A DNA stretch of 63,777 nt, the filler included, from Hausera hauseri (Eukaryota), in assembly GCA_046269625.1 (NCBI GenBank). It is 11 parts of 11 records of this genome, joined end to end, with 100 filler letters (N's around TTAATTAATTAA, not from the genome) between each part and the next. Parts side by side here need not be neighbours in the genome. Positions count along the whole stretch, not along the records: positions 22,076 to 28,810 come from JBJURY010070994.1; positions 28,911 to 34,721 come from JBJURY010185305.1; 9 more parts are not named here. One strand, written 5' to 3'. A program made the position numbers and the translations under genes. Under the pieces are notes generated by a model. That model saw nothing but the letters and a program-made list of their open reading frames with translations, had not been told where the DNA came from and searched no databases. This document shows, piece by piece, positions 22,084 through 34,821 of this stretch. How positions within the stretch are numbered: position 1 is the stretch's first letter; the number at the start of each line of letters is the position of its first letter.

Positions 22084-25000
22084 TTGAAATCAAAAGTGAA
22101 AGAGTATGAAGATAGTTTAGTTAATAGTTTTAATCAATTAACACTTCAGGACAACGAAGAAGTCTTCGATGAATACATTAAAATTAAAAATTTACTTTTA
22201 AATTGGAATATTAAACTTGAGAATAAAATTCCAGTAGAGAAAGTTAATAACAATGTTGTAATTAGTAATGATAATTCCATAGCTGTAAAACTACCCAAAT
22301 TGGAATTACCACATTTTTATGGTAATAACGAAACTTGGATTTCCTTTAAGGAAATATTCAAATCTTCAATTCTTGATAATAAATCTTTAAGTGATGTTGA
22401 CAAACTAACTTATTTACACTCTTCAATTCGCGGCGATGCCGCCAAACTTATTCGAGGATTTGCAATCACACCGGAAAATCTAATTCATTGCTGGCAAATT
22501 CTTTGCTCTAGATATGAGAACAAGAGACAATTGGCAACATGCCAAATAAATAAAATATTTCGCATGAAGATTGTTAAAGCAAATAATTCGAAATTTTTAT
22601 TAGAAGTCATCGACATATGCAATGAAGCTATTCGAAATTTACAAACTTTAGGTTTGGAAGCGAATCATTTAACTGAATTGATTATTATTGATTTTCTTAT
22701 TTCGAAAATGGATGATACAGTAAATCAACGTTGGGAATTAACTCTTGACAATAATACTTTTCCTACACTAGATCAATTCAAATCATTTGTTGAAAAAGAA
22801 GCTAGAAGTATGAAGGAATATAAGTTTACTAAACCGGAAGTAAAGAAACTTCCGACCAAGCCTAATATAAATCATAACATAGACAAAAGGTTAAGCGTAA
22901 ACAATGCTATAGTGAAAAGTTCAAATGTAGATAAGGAAGTGCAACTTTATAATTGTATGTTATGTACACAATCACATGCATTATTTAAATGTCCTACATT
23001 CCATTCAATGAGTGTAAATGACAAATGGAAACTAGTGAAAGATAAAAATTTATGTGAAAATTGTTTACGTAATAACCATAATACTAACAATTGTAAAGTA
23101 GGATTCACTTGCAAGAATTGTGGGTCCAGACATCACACATCTTTACATATTTATGCTGTACAAAATCAAGTCCGTCCAACGGAATCGGTAAGTTCGGTAG
23201 CAAGTAGTTGCACAAATTCTCCAGATAATAACATTCTATTATCCACAGCCATAATTAAAGTCAAGGATCAGAATGGTAAATTACTTCCTTGTCGGGCTTT
23301 AGTTGATAGTGCCTCACAAAATTATTTAATTTCTCGGCAATGTGCCGAAAAACTTGAATTACCAATGCATAAAAGCACACACAAGCTGGTTGGGATTAAT
23401 GAAACCTCAGCTGAAACTTCTTTATTCACTACTACATTTCAATTCAGTCCGCATTTTGATACAAATTCATTTAATGTTAATGCATTGGTGGTTTCAAAGA
23501 TAACGACATCTCTCCCAAACTTTAAATTGAAAAAACAAAATTGGTCTCATTTAAATCAGTTAATTCTTGCAGACCCATCATACTTTGTTGAAAGTGACGT
23601 TGATATTCTTTTGGGAGCAGACATATTTGTATCCCTAATTACCGGTATTCCTATACTAGGACCTAAAGGCACTCCAGCCGCATTACCCACAAAATTAGGT
23701 CATTTGTTATCTGGGAGTGTGAATATAAATTTAAAACAAAATTCATCGGTTGTTTGCCATACCTTGGTAAATATTGACCATACTTTAAAAGGCTTTTGGG
23801 AACTAGAATCTGTGCCTACAACGATAAAATCTGAAGAAAAGGAAAATTCAAATGATGAAAATGAGCTGTGTGAATCCATCTTCCAAAAATATCATACTCG
23901 AAATTCAGAAGGAAGATATATTCTAAAACTTCCTTTTAAAGAAAATTCTATTCTTGGGGAGACAAGAGAAGGCGCGTTAAGAAGATTTTACTCTCTAGAG
24001 AGAAAATTACAAACAGATAATTCATTAAAGAAAAAATATATTGCATTCATGGAGGAATACGAAGAGCTTGGCCACATGGCCCCTCTGAACTCTGAGTTAA
24101 CATCATCCCATTACTTCTTACCGCATCATGGAGTTATAAACAATAATTCCACCACCACGAAGTTAAGGGTTGTTTACGATGGATCTTTTAAAAGTACAAA
24201 TGGTAAATCCTTAAATGATAATTTAATTACTGGAAAAAAGCTGCAAACTGACATCTTTCACATTCTTATTAAATTCCGTACTTTTCCAATTGCCTTCTCG
24301 GCAGACATCACCAAAATGTATCGACAGATTCTGATACACCCAGAAGATAGAAAATATCAACAAATATTGTGGCGTAAAGGTCCCCACGAAAATCTAAAGA
24401 CATACACATTAAACACGGTAACTTATGGCACTTCGTGTGCGCCTTTTTTAGCTATTCGCACTATTCATCAACTTTGCGAGGATGAGAGAGATAGATTTCC
24501 TCTAGCTTCAAAAATCGCTCAAGAGTCATTTTACGTAGACGATCTACTTAGTGGAGAAAACAACGTCAAATCTGCCCAAGCAGTTATCCAAGATCTTCAA
24601 AGCTTGATGTCGGCCGGTAATTTCGAACTGCGGAAGTGGGCATGCAGCCATCCTGAAGTGGTCGCCAACATTCCAGAAAACCTCAAGGCAAGTAAAACCT
24701 TTCATGCCTTTGATGATGATGATGATTCTTCTCAAAAAATCCTGGGACTATTTTGGGATTTAAATGAAGACTCGTTCCAAATACGCGCTGTTCCTTCCGA
24801 TAATATTTCTACTAAAAGGCAATTATTATCGATAATTGCACGAATCTTTGACCCTTTAGGATTCATATCACCATCAACTATCATTCTGAAAATTATACTC
24901 CAAGATCTGTGGAAGGCGAATTTGGATTGGGATGATCAAATCCCATCTGAAATTCATACTCGTTGGAATAAATTCCAATCTGAAATTGAGTATTTAAAAC

Positions 25001-27132
25001 ATATCAAAATTCCTCGATACATTCATATTCAAAGTGCCTCCACTTTTCAAATTCATGGATTCTGCGATGCCTCTCCAATGGCATATGCCGCCGTAATTTA
25101 TATTCGAACTCTTTCGGACACACCACGAGTATTTCTACTCACATCCAAAACTCGTGTTGCACCTGTGAAACAGGTAACGCTCCCTCGACTAGAGTTATGT
25201 GGTGCTGTTCTACTAGCTGAACTCATAGACATTCTGAAATCATCCTTAAACATCCAAACTCAAGATACCTATCTTTGGTGTGATTCCACAATCGCCTTAT
25301 GCTGGATTAATAATCCTCCACAAAAAGGTAATCAATTCGTACTTCATAGAGTGCGAAAAATTCTTTCTTCAACAAACAAAGAATCATGGCTACATGTCCC
25401 CGGAAAAAAAAATCCTGCTGACTGGGCTACTCGAGGTCTTTATCCAAAACAGTTACAAGAAAACGCGGAGTGGATCCATGGTCCACAGTGGTTGTATAAT
25501 TTCGATCCACTAATACTATCTGCAGCTCAATACCCTAGTGAAACTGATGAACTTCCTCCTACTAGTGAACCCAATTATTCAAAGGATTCTGTGTGTTTCA
25601 TCCAACAAGTTAATAAGGCACTTGACTTCATAAACGATTTTTCGTCCTACCTTAAATTAATTCGCACTGTGGCTTGGATATTTCGATTCACTAATAACCT
25701 AAAATCAACTACTAAAAATTCTGGACCCTTAAGCTCCTTCGAGATCAATCGCTCGATTCATACGATTTCCAAACTATTACAAGAAGGTGAATACAGCACA
25801 GAAATGCTTCTACTCAAAAACAGTAAACCTCTCCCCAAAGCAAGCAAACTCCTTTCTCTAAATCCATTCATTGATCCTAAAGGTATACTCCGTGTTGGAG
25901 GACGTCTCCGACATCAGCAAGACTTAAGCTTTGACGAAAAGCATCCCATACTCATTCCTAAAAACCATCATTTTACTAGACTTATAATTCAACACTTTCA
26001 CAAGATGAATTTCCATGCCGGTCAAGACCTTGTTTTATCTCTTATCCGGCAACTATTTTGGATTCCAGACGGAAAATCGACAATCAGAAAAGAGTTACGA
26101 AAATGTATTGATTGTTTCAAATTCCATACCCGACCTACTCCCCAACTGATGGGGGATTTACCATCATCAAGAATACATCCCTGTCGTGCCTACGAGCAAA
26201 TAGGAATCGATTTCACAGGTCCAATTACAACAAAATGCCAACATGTACGTAAGCCTACTCTATTCAAATCTTACATTTGTTTATTCATTTGCATGTGTAC
26301 CAAAGCCGTACACCTAGAACTTGTTTCATCACTCAGCACTTCATCATTCTTAGCTTCCTTGCGCCGATTCGTCTCCCGTCGTGGTTATCCTTCAGATATA
26401 TATTCTGATAACGGTACCAACTTCGTTGGTGCTGCTGCTTACCTCAAATCTCTCTTCAAACTACCACATGACTCCACTATCCAAGATTATTCATCTCAAC
26501 GAAACATCAAGTGGCACTTTATTCCACCCCATTCTCCCAATTTCGGGGGACTGTGGGAAGCGTCAATCAAGTTGACTAAAAGCCATTTACTAAAAACTTG
26601 CAAAGCTGCCATATTTAATTTTGAAGAATTAACAACATTATTAAGCCAAATTGAAGCGTGTATAAATTCAAGACCGTTGTGTCCGGTGTCTCCTGATCCC
26701 AAGGATCTCCGAGTTCTCACCCCTGGTCACTTTGTAATCGGTGGTCCATTAATTGAAGTTCCTGAAAACATATCTCATCATACTGCTTTAAGTTTTCATT
26801 CTAGGTGGACTCAAATTCTGCAATCGAAGGAGAAATTCTGGAAACGATTTAAGGTTTCCTATCTTCATCATCTGCAATCTCGAGCCAAGTGGAGGAATGC
26901 CAGGAAACCACTTGAAGTCGGTACCCTTGTTTTGATTCCCGACGCCTCCCCACACAATCATGGATCTATACTTGGACGAGTGGTTGAAACTTATCCTGGT
27001 GATGATGGACTCGTTCGCGTCGCAAGCATCCACACCTCTAAAGGAACATTTAAACGATCCATATCTCAGCTTGCCGTCCTTCCCGACCAAGATCACGCAG
27101 CATCTTCGGCCGCCCCGGAGGATGTTGGATAA
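22084..27132 (+). CDS. BEL/Pao LTR retrotransposon gag-pol polyprotein (5' end cut by contig start, otherwise uninterrupted, 1682 aa)
   Basis: KLPKLELPHFYG gag motif, three zinc knuckles (CMLC, CENC, CKNC..HH), protease ALVDSAS, RT YFLPHH..KLRVVYD..YVDD, RNase H GFCDAS..LPRLELCGA, integrase IDFTGP/SDNGTNF/GGLWE, C-terminal GDDGLVR. Confidence 0.96.
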   Translation: MKSKVKEYEDSLVNSFNQLTLQDNEEVFDEYIKIKNLLLNWNIKLENKIPVEKVNNNVVISNDNSIAVKLPKLELPHFYGNNETWISFKEIFKSSILDNKSLSDVDKLTYLHSSIRGDAAKLIRGFAITPENLIHCWQILCSRYENKRQLATCQINKIFRMKIVKANNSKFLLEVIDICNEAIRNLQTLGLEANHLTELIIIDFLISKMDDTVNQRWELTLDNNTFPTLDQFKSFVEKEARSMKEYKFTKPEVKKLPTKPNINHNIDKRLSVNNAIVKSSNVDKEVQLYNCMLCTQSHALFKCPTFHSMSVNDKWKLVKDKNLCENCLRNNHNTNNCKVGFTCKNCGSRHHTSLHIYAVQNQVRPTESVSSVASSCTNSPDNNILLSTAIIKVKDQNGKLLPCRALVDSASQNYLISRQCAEKLELPMHKSTHKLVGINETSAETSLFTTTFQFSPHFDTNSFNVNALVVSKITTSLPNFKLKKQNWSHLNQLILADPSYFVESDVDILLGADIFVSLITGIPILGPKGTPAALPTKLGHLLSGSVNINLKQNSSVVCHTLVNIDHTLKGFWELESVPTTIKSEEKENSNDENELCESIFQKYHTRNSEGRYILKLPFKENSILGETREGALRRFYSLERKLQTDNSLKKKYIAFMEEYEELGHMAPLNSELTSSHYFLPHHGVINNNSTTTKLRVVYDGSFKSTNGKSLNDNLITGKKLQTDIFHILIKFRTFPIAFSADITKMYRQILIHPEDRKYQQILWRKGPHENLKTYTLNTVTYGTSCAPFLAIRTIHQLCEDERDRFPLASKIAQESFYVDDLLSGENNVKSAQAVIQDLQSLMSAGNFELRKWACSHPEVVANIPENLKASKTFHAFDDDDDSSQKILGLFWDLNEDSFQIRAVPSDNISTKRQLLSIIARIFDPLGFISPSTIILKIILQDLWKANLDWDDQIPSEIHTRWNKFQSEIEYLKHIKIPRYIHIQSASTFQIHGFCDASPMAYAAVIYIRTLSDTPRVFLLTSKTRVAPVKQVTLPRLELCGAVLLAELIDILKSSLNIQTQDTYLWCDSTIALCWINNPPQKGNQFVLHRVRKILSSTNKESWLHVPGKKNPADWATRGLYPKQLQENAEWIHGPQWLYNFDPLILSAAQYPSETDELPPTSEPNYSKDSVCFIQQVNKALDFINDFSSYLKLIRTVAWIFRFTNNLKSTTKNSGPLSSFEINRSIHTISKLLQEGEYSTEMLLLKNSKPLPKASKLLSLNPFIDPKGILRVGGRLRHQQDLSFDEKHPILIPKNHHFTRLIIQHFHKMNFHAGQDLVLSLIRQLFWIPDGKSTIRKELRKCIDCFKFHTRPTPQLMGDLPSSRIHPCRAYEQIGIDFTGPITTKCQHVRKPTLFKSYICLFICMCTKAVHLELVSSLSTSSFLASLRRFVSRRGYPSDIYSDNGTNFVGAAAYLKSLFKLPHDSTIQDYSSQRNIKWHFIPPHSPNFGGLWEASIKLTKSHLLKTCKAAIFNFEELTTLLSQIEACINSRPLCPVSPDPKDLRVLTPGHFVIGGPLIEVPENISHHTALSFHSRWTQILQSKEKFWKRFKVSYLHHLQSRAKWRNARKPLEVGTLVLIPDASPHNHGSILGRVVETYPGDDGLVRVASIHTSKGTFKRSISQLAVLPDQDHAASSAAPEDVG

Positions 27133-27482
27133 GACTTATCATTCTTGTTCATCACCGATAGATGGCAGCAGTATTCAAGCCGGTTGGCAGCCGATCGGAT
27201 CGCTGTAAACAAGAGGAAAGGAAGTTTTCCTTTTTTTATGTTATGTATTCTTTTTCATCTAATTCAGAATCTTTATTAAAGGATTACTTTAATTCAATCG
27301 TGACTAAATCATTTTCAGCAATCGATGTTTGTTTTATTTTAGCCATCAAGCCGGAAGTTATTCATCTTCAGATTCGTATTTACAGATAAGTGAAATATTA
27401 CTCTAGTCTAATTCATTTGGTATTCTATTATGTTCAAAAAAAATAAAAACCGTAATTCTAATTCTTTACAATTACTATAACA
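27123..27482 (+). repeat. Putative 3' LTR of the BEL/Pao element
   Basis: Begins TGTT right after the BEL-like tract GCCCCGGAGGA; AATAAA near 27442; ends AACA at 27482. The right boundary is inferred. Confidence 0.6.
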
Positions 27483-30224
27483 AAATTCATCTAAATTTAG
27501 ATACATTTTATGTGTTTTGTTTTGTTTATATTGTAACTTAGATCATTTAAAAATCATTCCAATATAATCTAATTTTAAATTTACTTTTTTATGTTCTCTA
27601 ATATATGTGTAGGTGGCATAAATATGCATTACAACACTAAATTGCAGCTGCTAATTCTTGAGCTGAATAAAAGAATTTTTGATCATAACTATTACAACGA
27701 ACATAAATATCTTTGTTCTGCATATGATTTCCTTATGGAATACTTATAATTTACTCATTGTGTGCACTTCATTAATGATTTTAGAACTCGAAATGCATTT
27801 AAATCTAGTAAAACTAGTAAATTCATTTTGGCCACCCCACCCCAAAGTATTAATTAGAAAAAAAAAAAATGTTTAAATATACATTCACATAGAATTTTCA
27901 CAATTTACCTAAGAATACTTAATACAATAAATTATATCAGATATCCTCAGGTAGAATTGCGAATTTGTTTCCTTTTTCTACTGGTCTTCACAAATTATTT
28001 CAGTTATATATTTATTAAAAATATCATTCTATAATGCATTCATAATTTTTAAAATGAATGCCGTAATGTTTTTTTTTTTTTTTTTCAAGTAAAACAGTTG
28101 TATTTCTCTAATTTACTTATGGTCTAAATTATTATTAATAGTCAGATAAGATTTTAATTTTCTCTCACAAAATTGCTACCTCTGTGGAAATAAAAATTAT
28201 AATTCTTATATCGTATTTTAAAATGACAAGTTATTTTGAAAAAAAATTATTTAAAATATTTTGATAGTTTTTATAAATGACTGATATCCCAAAAGGTTTT
28301 ACGTTAAGGAGGAGGATAATGATAATAAAAATATATACTTGATGATCTATAATATATATTATTATATGTAAAACACTACATCTCGAGAAATGTAGACTAT
28401 AAACAAATTTTCCTATTTGAAGCATTTAATTATTAAATTATATTGTTTAAAATATACAAATTAAGAACCAGATTCTATAAGTAAACAAAACATGCTGAAT
28501 TTTAAAGAATAATCGATAAATGACTATACATAGAGGATATTTACAGAAAAAATTTTCTTGAAATTTAAATTGGGAGGAAATTGCCAAATTCACTCGAATT
28601 GGTTTAAATGAATTCCAATAGCCATTAACGAAATGCACACAATAGTTATAATGTACTTCATTTCAATTATATGTAAAATCAATCATATTTAGAACAACGG
28701 CATTTACAATCGTAGTAAACAGTAATGATTATTCTTTTTTTTTTACTTACTTCAAGATTTAGCAACTGCATTCGATGTAATGTATATCCCTTTTATCCCG
28801 GGAATGAGACNNNNNNNNNNNNNNNNNNNNNNNNNNNNNNNNNNNNNNNNNNNNTTAATTAATTAANNNNNNNNNNNNNNNNNNNNNNNNNNNNNNNNNN
28901 NNNNNNNNNNCAAAAATTCCTGATTTAAATTGGAAAAAAAAAAAAAAACGTGTGTTTAGAAAGACATGGACGTAGCCAGAACAACTGTGGCAGCTATGTC
29001 GAAAACATTTGCTGTTGTTTTTGTAAACAGATTACTTTATTGCGCAGTAACAGGTAATGCTCTGTTTTAACGGGACCGATTAAATGCTGTAGTGTGTTTT
29101 CCCCACTTCTGTTTCCTTGGTATGATGTTATCCGTGATTGACTTTTTCTGTATTATTTGGTAGGCTAGGATTTCAAATTATAAGATGCTGTTTTCGAAAA
29201 TAAAAATTATTGAATTGTAACTTTATAATTTTTTCCATTCTTCATTATTAGTATAGTCTTTTTGGAATATTTCCTTGAAACAATAATATTTTCGTTTCTT
29301 TGGAGGGGGTTGATGTTCAAACTCGATATTTTCCGACTTTTTGATTGGCTTGGGTATGATACCCGTTTTTCTATGTGAGAGGAACAATCGTGATGTACTT
29401 TTCATTTTTGGTATTTTTTCACTATTCGTATTAAATTAGAATAATTGTCGCCTGGTTTTACTCGTTGGTTGCATTGTTCTTCAGATTATTGTCCATCAAA
29501 TGAAGAGTTCGACGATATTTTTCTGGTTACATCATACAATATTTCATCTGGCATTTTTTGTCTTCTATTATATATCCTCAAATATTTAGTATGGCGGAAG
29601 CTATATATTGAAGTGTGTTGCCTTCATGCTCCAAAACGATCTTATTATAATTGATATCTTTGCTTTCCTTTTGAAAGGTTCTGCTATCTCTTGGTCGTCG
29701 TCCAACATGCAAAATAACAGTCTGTAACGCAGAGCATTTAGACTACCGGACAATCCTCCAACGTATACTTGTTCCAATCGACTAATTCCTTTGTTGTCCT
29801 TTTTGGGTTAATGAGGTGTCTCTGTCTATACGTAGATAGTCATTTTATAGTATCCGAGCTTCCTCCTTTTCCATTTCCTCTATTTCTTCTTCTCCTAGTT
29901 TGTACTTTATTGCCATTAACGTACATGTTAACCAGCAATTGATTGCGAATGAATTGTTTACTTTATTGTTCATTAGTCACGCATCAATCCGCCTTTTTTC
30001 CGATCCGAATTAAAAGTATAGACGCAGTGTATCAATTCTGATACAGAGTGTGTGCGGTGGTCTTGATCTGATATTAGTTGTGTTTTGCTGATTTCCTTTA
30101 GGGTCTCTGCTAATTCTCGATAATCTGAGTATTCATCTGTTGATTGTTTAATGTAGGAAGATTCTGGTGGGGTTTCCGTATTAGTTGAGAGAAATTAGTT
30201 CGATACGCAATCTATATTGTTAGT

Positions 30225-32330
30225 TTATCTTTTACTGAGATGTTCATTCCAGCTGAATGCTGGAATACGTATTACCTTCCAGGATCCATCCGCCTCATCG
30301 CCATCACTAGAAAGTTTGCCTAACATAAATAACGAAAATACCCATAATAATATTAAGATCCATGTGGGGTTTGGATGTTGCGATGTGGTCTCAGCTGCAT
30401 CTTGTATATTAATCGTAGATAGGAAGCATATCCCCATGAAGAATAACGTTCCTAATGAGAACGAAGAATAACTTTTTATTCCAGTGAATTCTCGTTTTTT
30501 ATCCTTCTCTTGAAGGTTTTAAATATGCATGGCTCTTGTTTTGTTTGCAATTGCATCTAAATATTTAATACTGTTGCCTGCAAACTGTAGTTGATCAATC
30601 TTCATCCACTGTTCTGGAGGGAGGTTGCTGTCTAGGGGTTGTTCCATTCTTCTGTTCCAAGCTCGTTTCACTTCTACTTCATTAATGAATTCTCGGCCTC
30701 CTATATTTAGATTGTGGTGTTTATAAATTTTCAACGCTGGGCTAGCGGCTACATAGTCGTGATGCTCGGATCTTCCTGGGTTGGCTAAATCACGAATTGT
30801 ATAATATACTTCTATACAACTTATCTTTATCAGGAGTTTGTTTAATGGGGACAATGCGTCGGAATCCAGTTTCAGATCTTCGCAAATTATTTTTATTATG
30901 GGCTTATATTGTTCATCTGTTATTCCGCATTTGTCGTGATATTTACCGAGAAAATCACTTAATTCCGCTACACTACTTGTGGGTTCCTTGACTAGTTGTT
31001 GTGCATGATTAATACGTTTTGGAGTGGCTAGTAGGAAATTCTCCAATCGATGTCGATTTGTAGCCTCTCTCGTTAAAGGGAGTGGTGATAGACTTTTCCC
31101 TTTCTGTTGGGATAGTTCAGCATAATTTTGTTCCAATGGTTTGGTTTCTTTACGTTGTGCTTGTTTAGTGCGATCTGATCTCACTGATTTAGATTTAACA
31201 TTTATTGGAAGTTTCTTGGTTTCGTCAGGCTATACCTTTTAATTTCCTCTTTTAGGAGTCTAATATTCTCTTCTGCTTCTTGTAATTTCTTATTTATGGT
31301 GGTATAGCTTGTAAGTATCTGAAATTATCTTGTTGATTGGACTCTTGTTAAGTCGAGATACATAGAAGTTGTTGATAAAAGTCTTGATAAATCCCGTAGA
31401 GAGTTTCGTGGTGATTTCTTCGGAGTATTTGTTATGCTAGATACTGAATACCTGTCTGCGTTAACTACTGAAGATAGGGGTACTAGACTTCGTGTATGAT
31501 CATTCGAGAAAAGGTTATCTCTTCCTTCTTTGTCGCTTGTTATACTACTTTGAAACATATAATATATAGATATAAACAACATTACAATTGCACTACTTCA
31601 TGAGTTAGTTGTGGTAGTTGTCGAGATTGGTTGGGCGTTCGCGCATCCGAATATTATGAGTAATATTAAGGTTGTCAAGGTTATGGTAGATAAATTAAAA
31701 GGATTTTCAAAAATTATTCCAGGAGTATTAGTTGAGGGTGCTTCTGTTATTCGAGTTTGCATTATCTTCGAGTTACTGTAGATTCGGTATTTTGTTCGGT
31801 CGTTTGCTTTAAGGTAACATAATTTATTGAGGGTGGAATAGTTTCTTCCCCTGGCGCGAACCACCGTTGATCATTAGGTTGATGTTTTGTATCTTGGTAT
31901 CCATCTCAATTGAATACAATTGATCTCCAAATGACTTTGAGTTCTGCTCCTGTTAACTTGTATAGTATATCTAAACAATAATAAGATCAGAATACGACTC
32001 TTGTGGGTTGGCATAGTAAGTAACATCTATATATCCTTAGTTAAGTCTAATTTTCCACACGCTGCGGGTATATAATGGGTGATTCGTCTATATAATCGTA
32101 AGTTTACGTGGGTCAGCGGGTTGGTAGGGTCAAGTTCCGCGTTAACATACTTACCGTATACTCTAGCCAATATCGGTGTCAAAAGAGGATAATCATTACA
32201 ACTTTGGCGATAGTACATATTATATAATAGTTCTAACCTTTTTATTTCGTTTTCTAATTCATTTATGTTTTTTCGTATTTCTCCAGATCTTTCGTTTTTT
32301 CTAATGAATTCGTAGCTACACCTATCACTA
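30225..32330 (-). other. Degenerate accessory coding region 3' of gypsy pol (TM, coiled-coil and unknown ORFs)
   Basis: Same-strand ORF fragments with signal/TM-like segments (LTTLILLIIFGCANA; WILILLWVFSLFML) and a 221-aa ORF at 30519-31184; no family recognised. Confidence 0.45.
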
Positions 32331-32757
32331 TGTCATAATCTATGAGTGTATCCCGATCTATAATACAGGGAATTGTAGTATTTTTAGTATGTAATACAAG
32401 ATCATTGAACGTTTACCTTTCAATTTAGGTAAGGCTGTTACTACGCCTATTACTCTCAGCTGGTTTCCGTTTACTAACTTATGATTTATTTCACTGCTTT
32501 CGATCAATTTCAATTTTAGAGTCTACATCATAGCCTTGCTTAAGTAGTTTTTATGCTCCTGTATCTACTATTGCTTCTATTTTGACTTTGTTTATGGTTA
32601 TGGTTGTGGTTACTGTATTGTTCGATCTATAGTCAATGAATGCAACCACTGCGTTCTTATCATCTAGCTGCATTCTGCTTCGTAATGGGTATTTGCAAGG
32701 TGGTGCCTGTTTTAATTTACGCTCTTTAGCTACTGGTCTGCATCGCTGTACGCTCAT
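32330..32757 (-). pseudogene. Retroviral-type aspartic protease located downstream of integrase
   Basis: ITINKVKIEAIVDTGA (catalytic motif), LVNGNQLRVIG (flap-like) and PCIIDRDTL (IIGRD-like) on the minus strand. Confidence 0.7.
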
Positions 32758-32759
32758 TT

Positions 32760-34721
32760 AAGAAATTTTATTACGGGTGGATAAATTTTGTCGTTCAAGA
32801 CTTGATTCGGTTATTTGCAGTATTTTGTATGGTCCTTTATAAGGTCATTTCAATTTTGGGCTTTCACCTGGTTTACAGGTTTCATCCAGTATGTTGACTA
32901 AGTCTCCAACTCGATATACATGGGGTTTTGCCTTATTGTATTGATCTTTGTAATTTTTTGTGGTATTTGATTTTTAGCCAACTCTGATACGTGTCTCGTG
33001 CAATCTTTCGTGCAGAATTGTTGCATAATTGGGTTCTTCCATCAGTTGTGATTGTGGCGGTCTATATTCCGTATCGATTGGCATAATATCTCGTCTACCA
33101 TACAATAGAAAGAATGGTGACTTTCCAGTTGTTGTATGAGGACTTTGTCAATAGGCATATACCCAAAGTTTTATATACAGATCCCAATCGGCTGGGTGAT
33201 CATATGCGTAGCTAGATATCACAATTCAAAATTGTTTATTAAAGGCTTCAACTGCGCCATTGGCTTAAAGATGATAATGTGAGGTAAATTTATGGTTAAC
33301 TCCTAATATTGTTAGTACTTTTCCATGAGTTCGCTGCAAAAATTGCTTCCTCTATCGGATATCATTGGCATTGGCACTCCATATTCAAATATTACATCAT
33401 CGACTAATCTTCTTGCCATAACATCCGTAGTTTGATTTATCTTTGGCATCGCTATTGGAAATTTTGAGTGGTAGTCTATTATTGTAAGTACACATGTATT
33501 TCCTCTGGCAGTAGTTGGTAACGTTCCTACTACGTCTACGTCTATGAAAAGGAATGGTGATGCCAGAACTGGTACTGGTTTTAATGGTGCTTTCTTCCTT
33601 GAAAATTTCCTCGTTTTTCTGAACATATTTGACAATTTGTACACAAATATTTAACGTCTTCAGCTATTTTCGGCCAGTAATATTTTTGCGTGAGTCTGAC
33701 TAGGTTGGCTTTATAACCTCGGTGTCCGCCTAGTTGTCCGTCATGGTAGTGTAATAAAAGCTTTGCACGCATGTGTTTTGGTGCAACCATGAGTAAGTCT
33801 TCGCTCTCTTGATAGTAGATATTTCCCCTATTTATTCTATATTTATTTTTGCTCCTCCTTTTTTAGACTATTACGAATTTTACGAATCTCTTCGTCTTTT
33901 GCTTGTCCTTTGGCTATGGCTTCGTGCGTAATTGGTATGGTCAGAATCCTGTACATCACTTCGTTGACTTCTGCATTATCTACTTCGTCTATTATGGTCT
34001 GAATTAGTTCAATAATTTTGTAATATTCGTATAGGATGTCCTCAACAAACGGGTCTTTATAGTCACTTTGCTTTGCATTTCCCTGGTTATCTTTATTCAG
34101 TGATGAATAATCATACTTATCAGGTGGTTTGTATCCGTGGTACGTTTTCTTCGTGTTGCTTTGGGTACATCTGGGTGGATTTTTTGTGAATAATATTTTT
34201 TTAAGTCATGCATGTCATCGTAATCGGGATTAATGCAATCATTATAATTTTGGACAATGTCATTCTCTTGAAGTCTTGATAGAAAATCTGCATTAGAATG
34301 TGCCTTTCCTTGTCGGCATTTTATTGAGATTTCTAGGTCCTGGATTTCCGCAGCCAATTTTATTAATTTTTGGCTGATATCTCGTTGTTTCATTAACCAC
34401 TGTAATGGTTTTTGATCCGTGTACGGGATTATTTCTCGACCGGTTATGTAATATCTAAAATATCGTAATGCATATACTATAGCATAGCATTCACGCTCGA
34501 TTGTTGACCATCTGCGTTGTGTTTCACTCAGTGTTTTGCTGAGGCATGCTATTATTCATTCGCGCAATCTATAGTGAACGCATTGTCCCAAGACTACTCC
34601 TGTAGTGTAACCGCTGACGTATGTAATTATTACATATGGATATTTAGGATCGGAAAATTGCAATATCGGTGATGAGGTTAGGACTTGTTTTAGAACCTCG
34701 AATGCTCGTTTGTGTGGTTCT
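32760..34721 (-). mobile_element. pol: Ty3/gypsy pol remnant (RNase H-integrase)
   Basis: WSTIERECYAIVYALRYF, TDQKPL, HSNADFLSR, HDGQLGGH..CTNCQIC, ISDRGSNF, SPFFLLYGR, KGPYKI. Confidence 0.92.
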
Positions 34722-34821
34722 NNNNNNNNNNNNNNNNNNNNNNNNNNNNNNNNNNNNNNNNNNNNTTAATTAATTAANNNNNNNNNNNNNNNNNNNNNNN
34801 NNNNNNNNNNNNNNNNNNNNN

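Noticed and set aside
27500-28810. Short ORFs in the AT-rich flank
   Set aside because: Low-complexity sequence with poly-A/T tracts and no motifs; likely intergenic or intronic.
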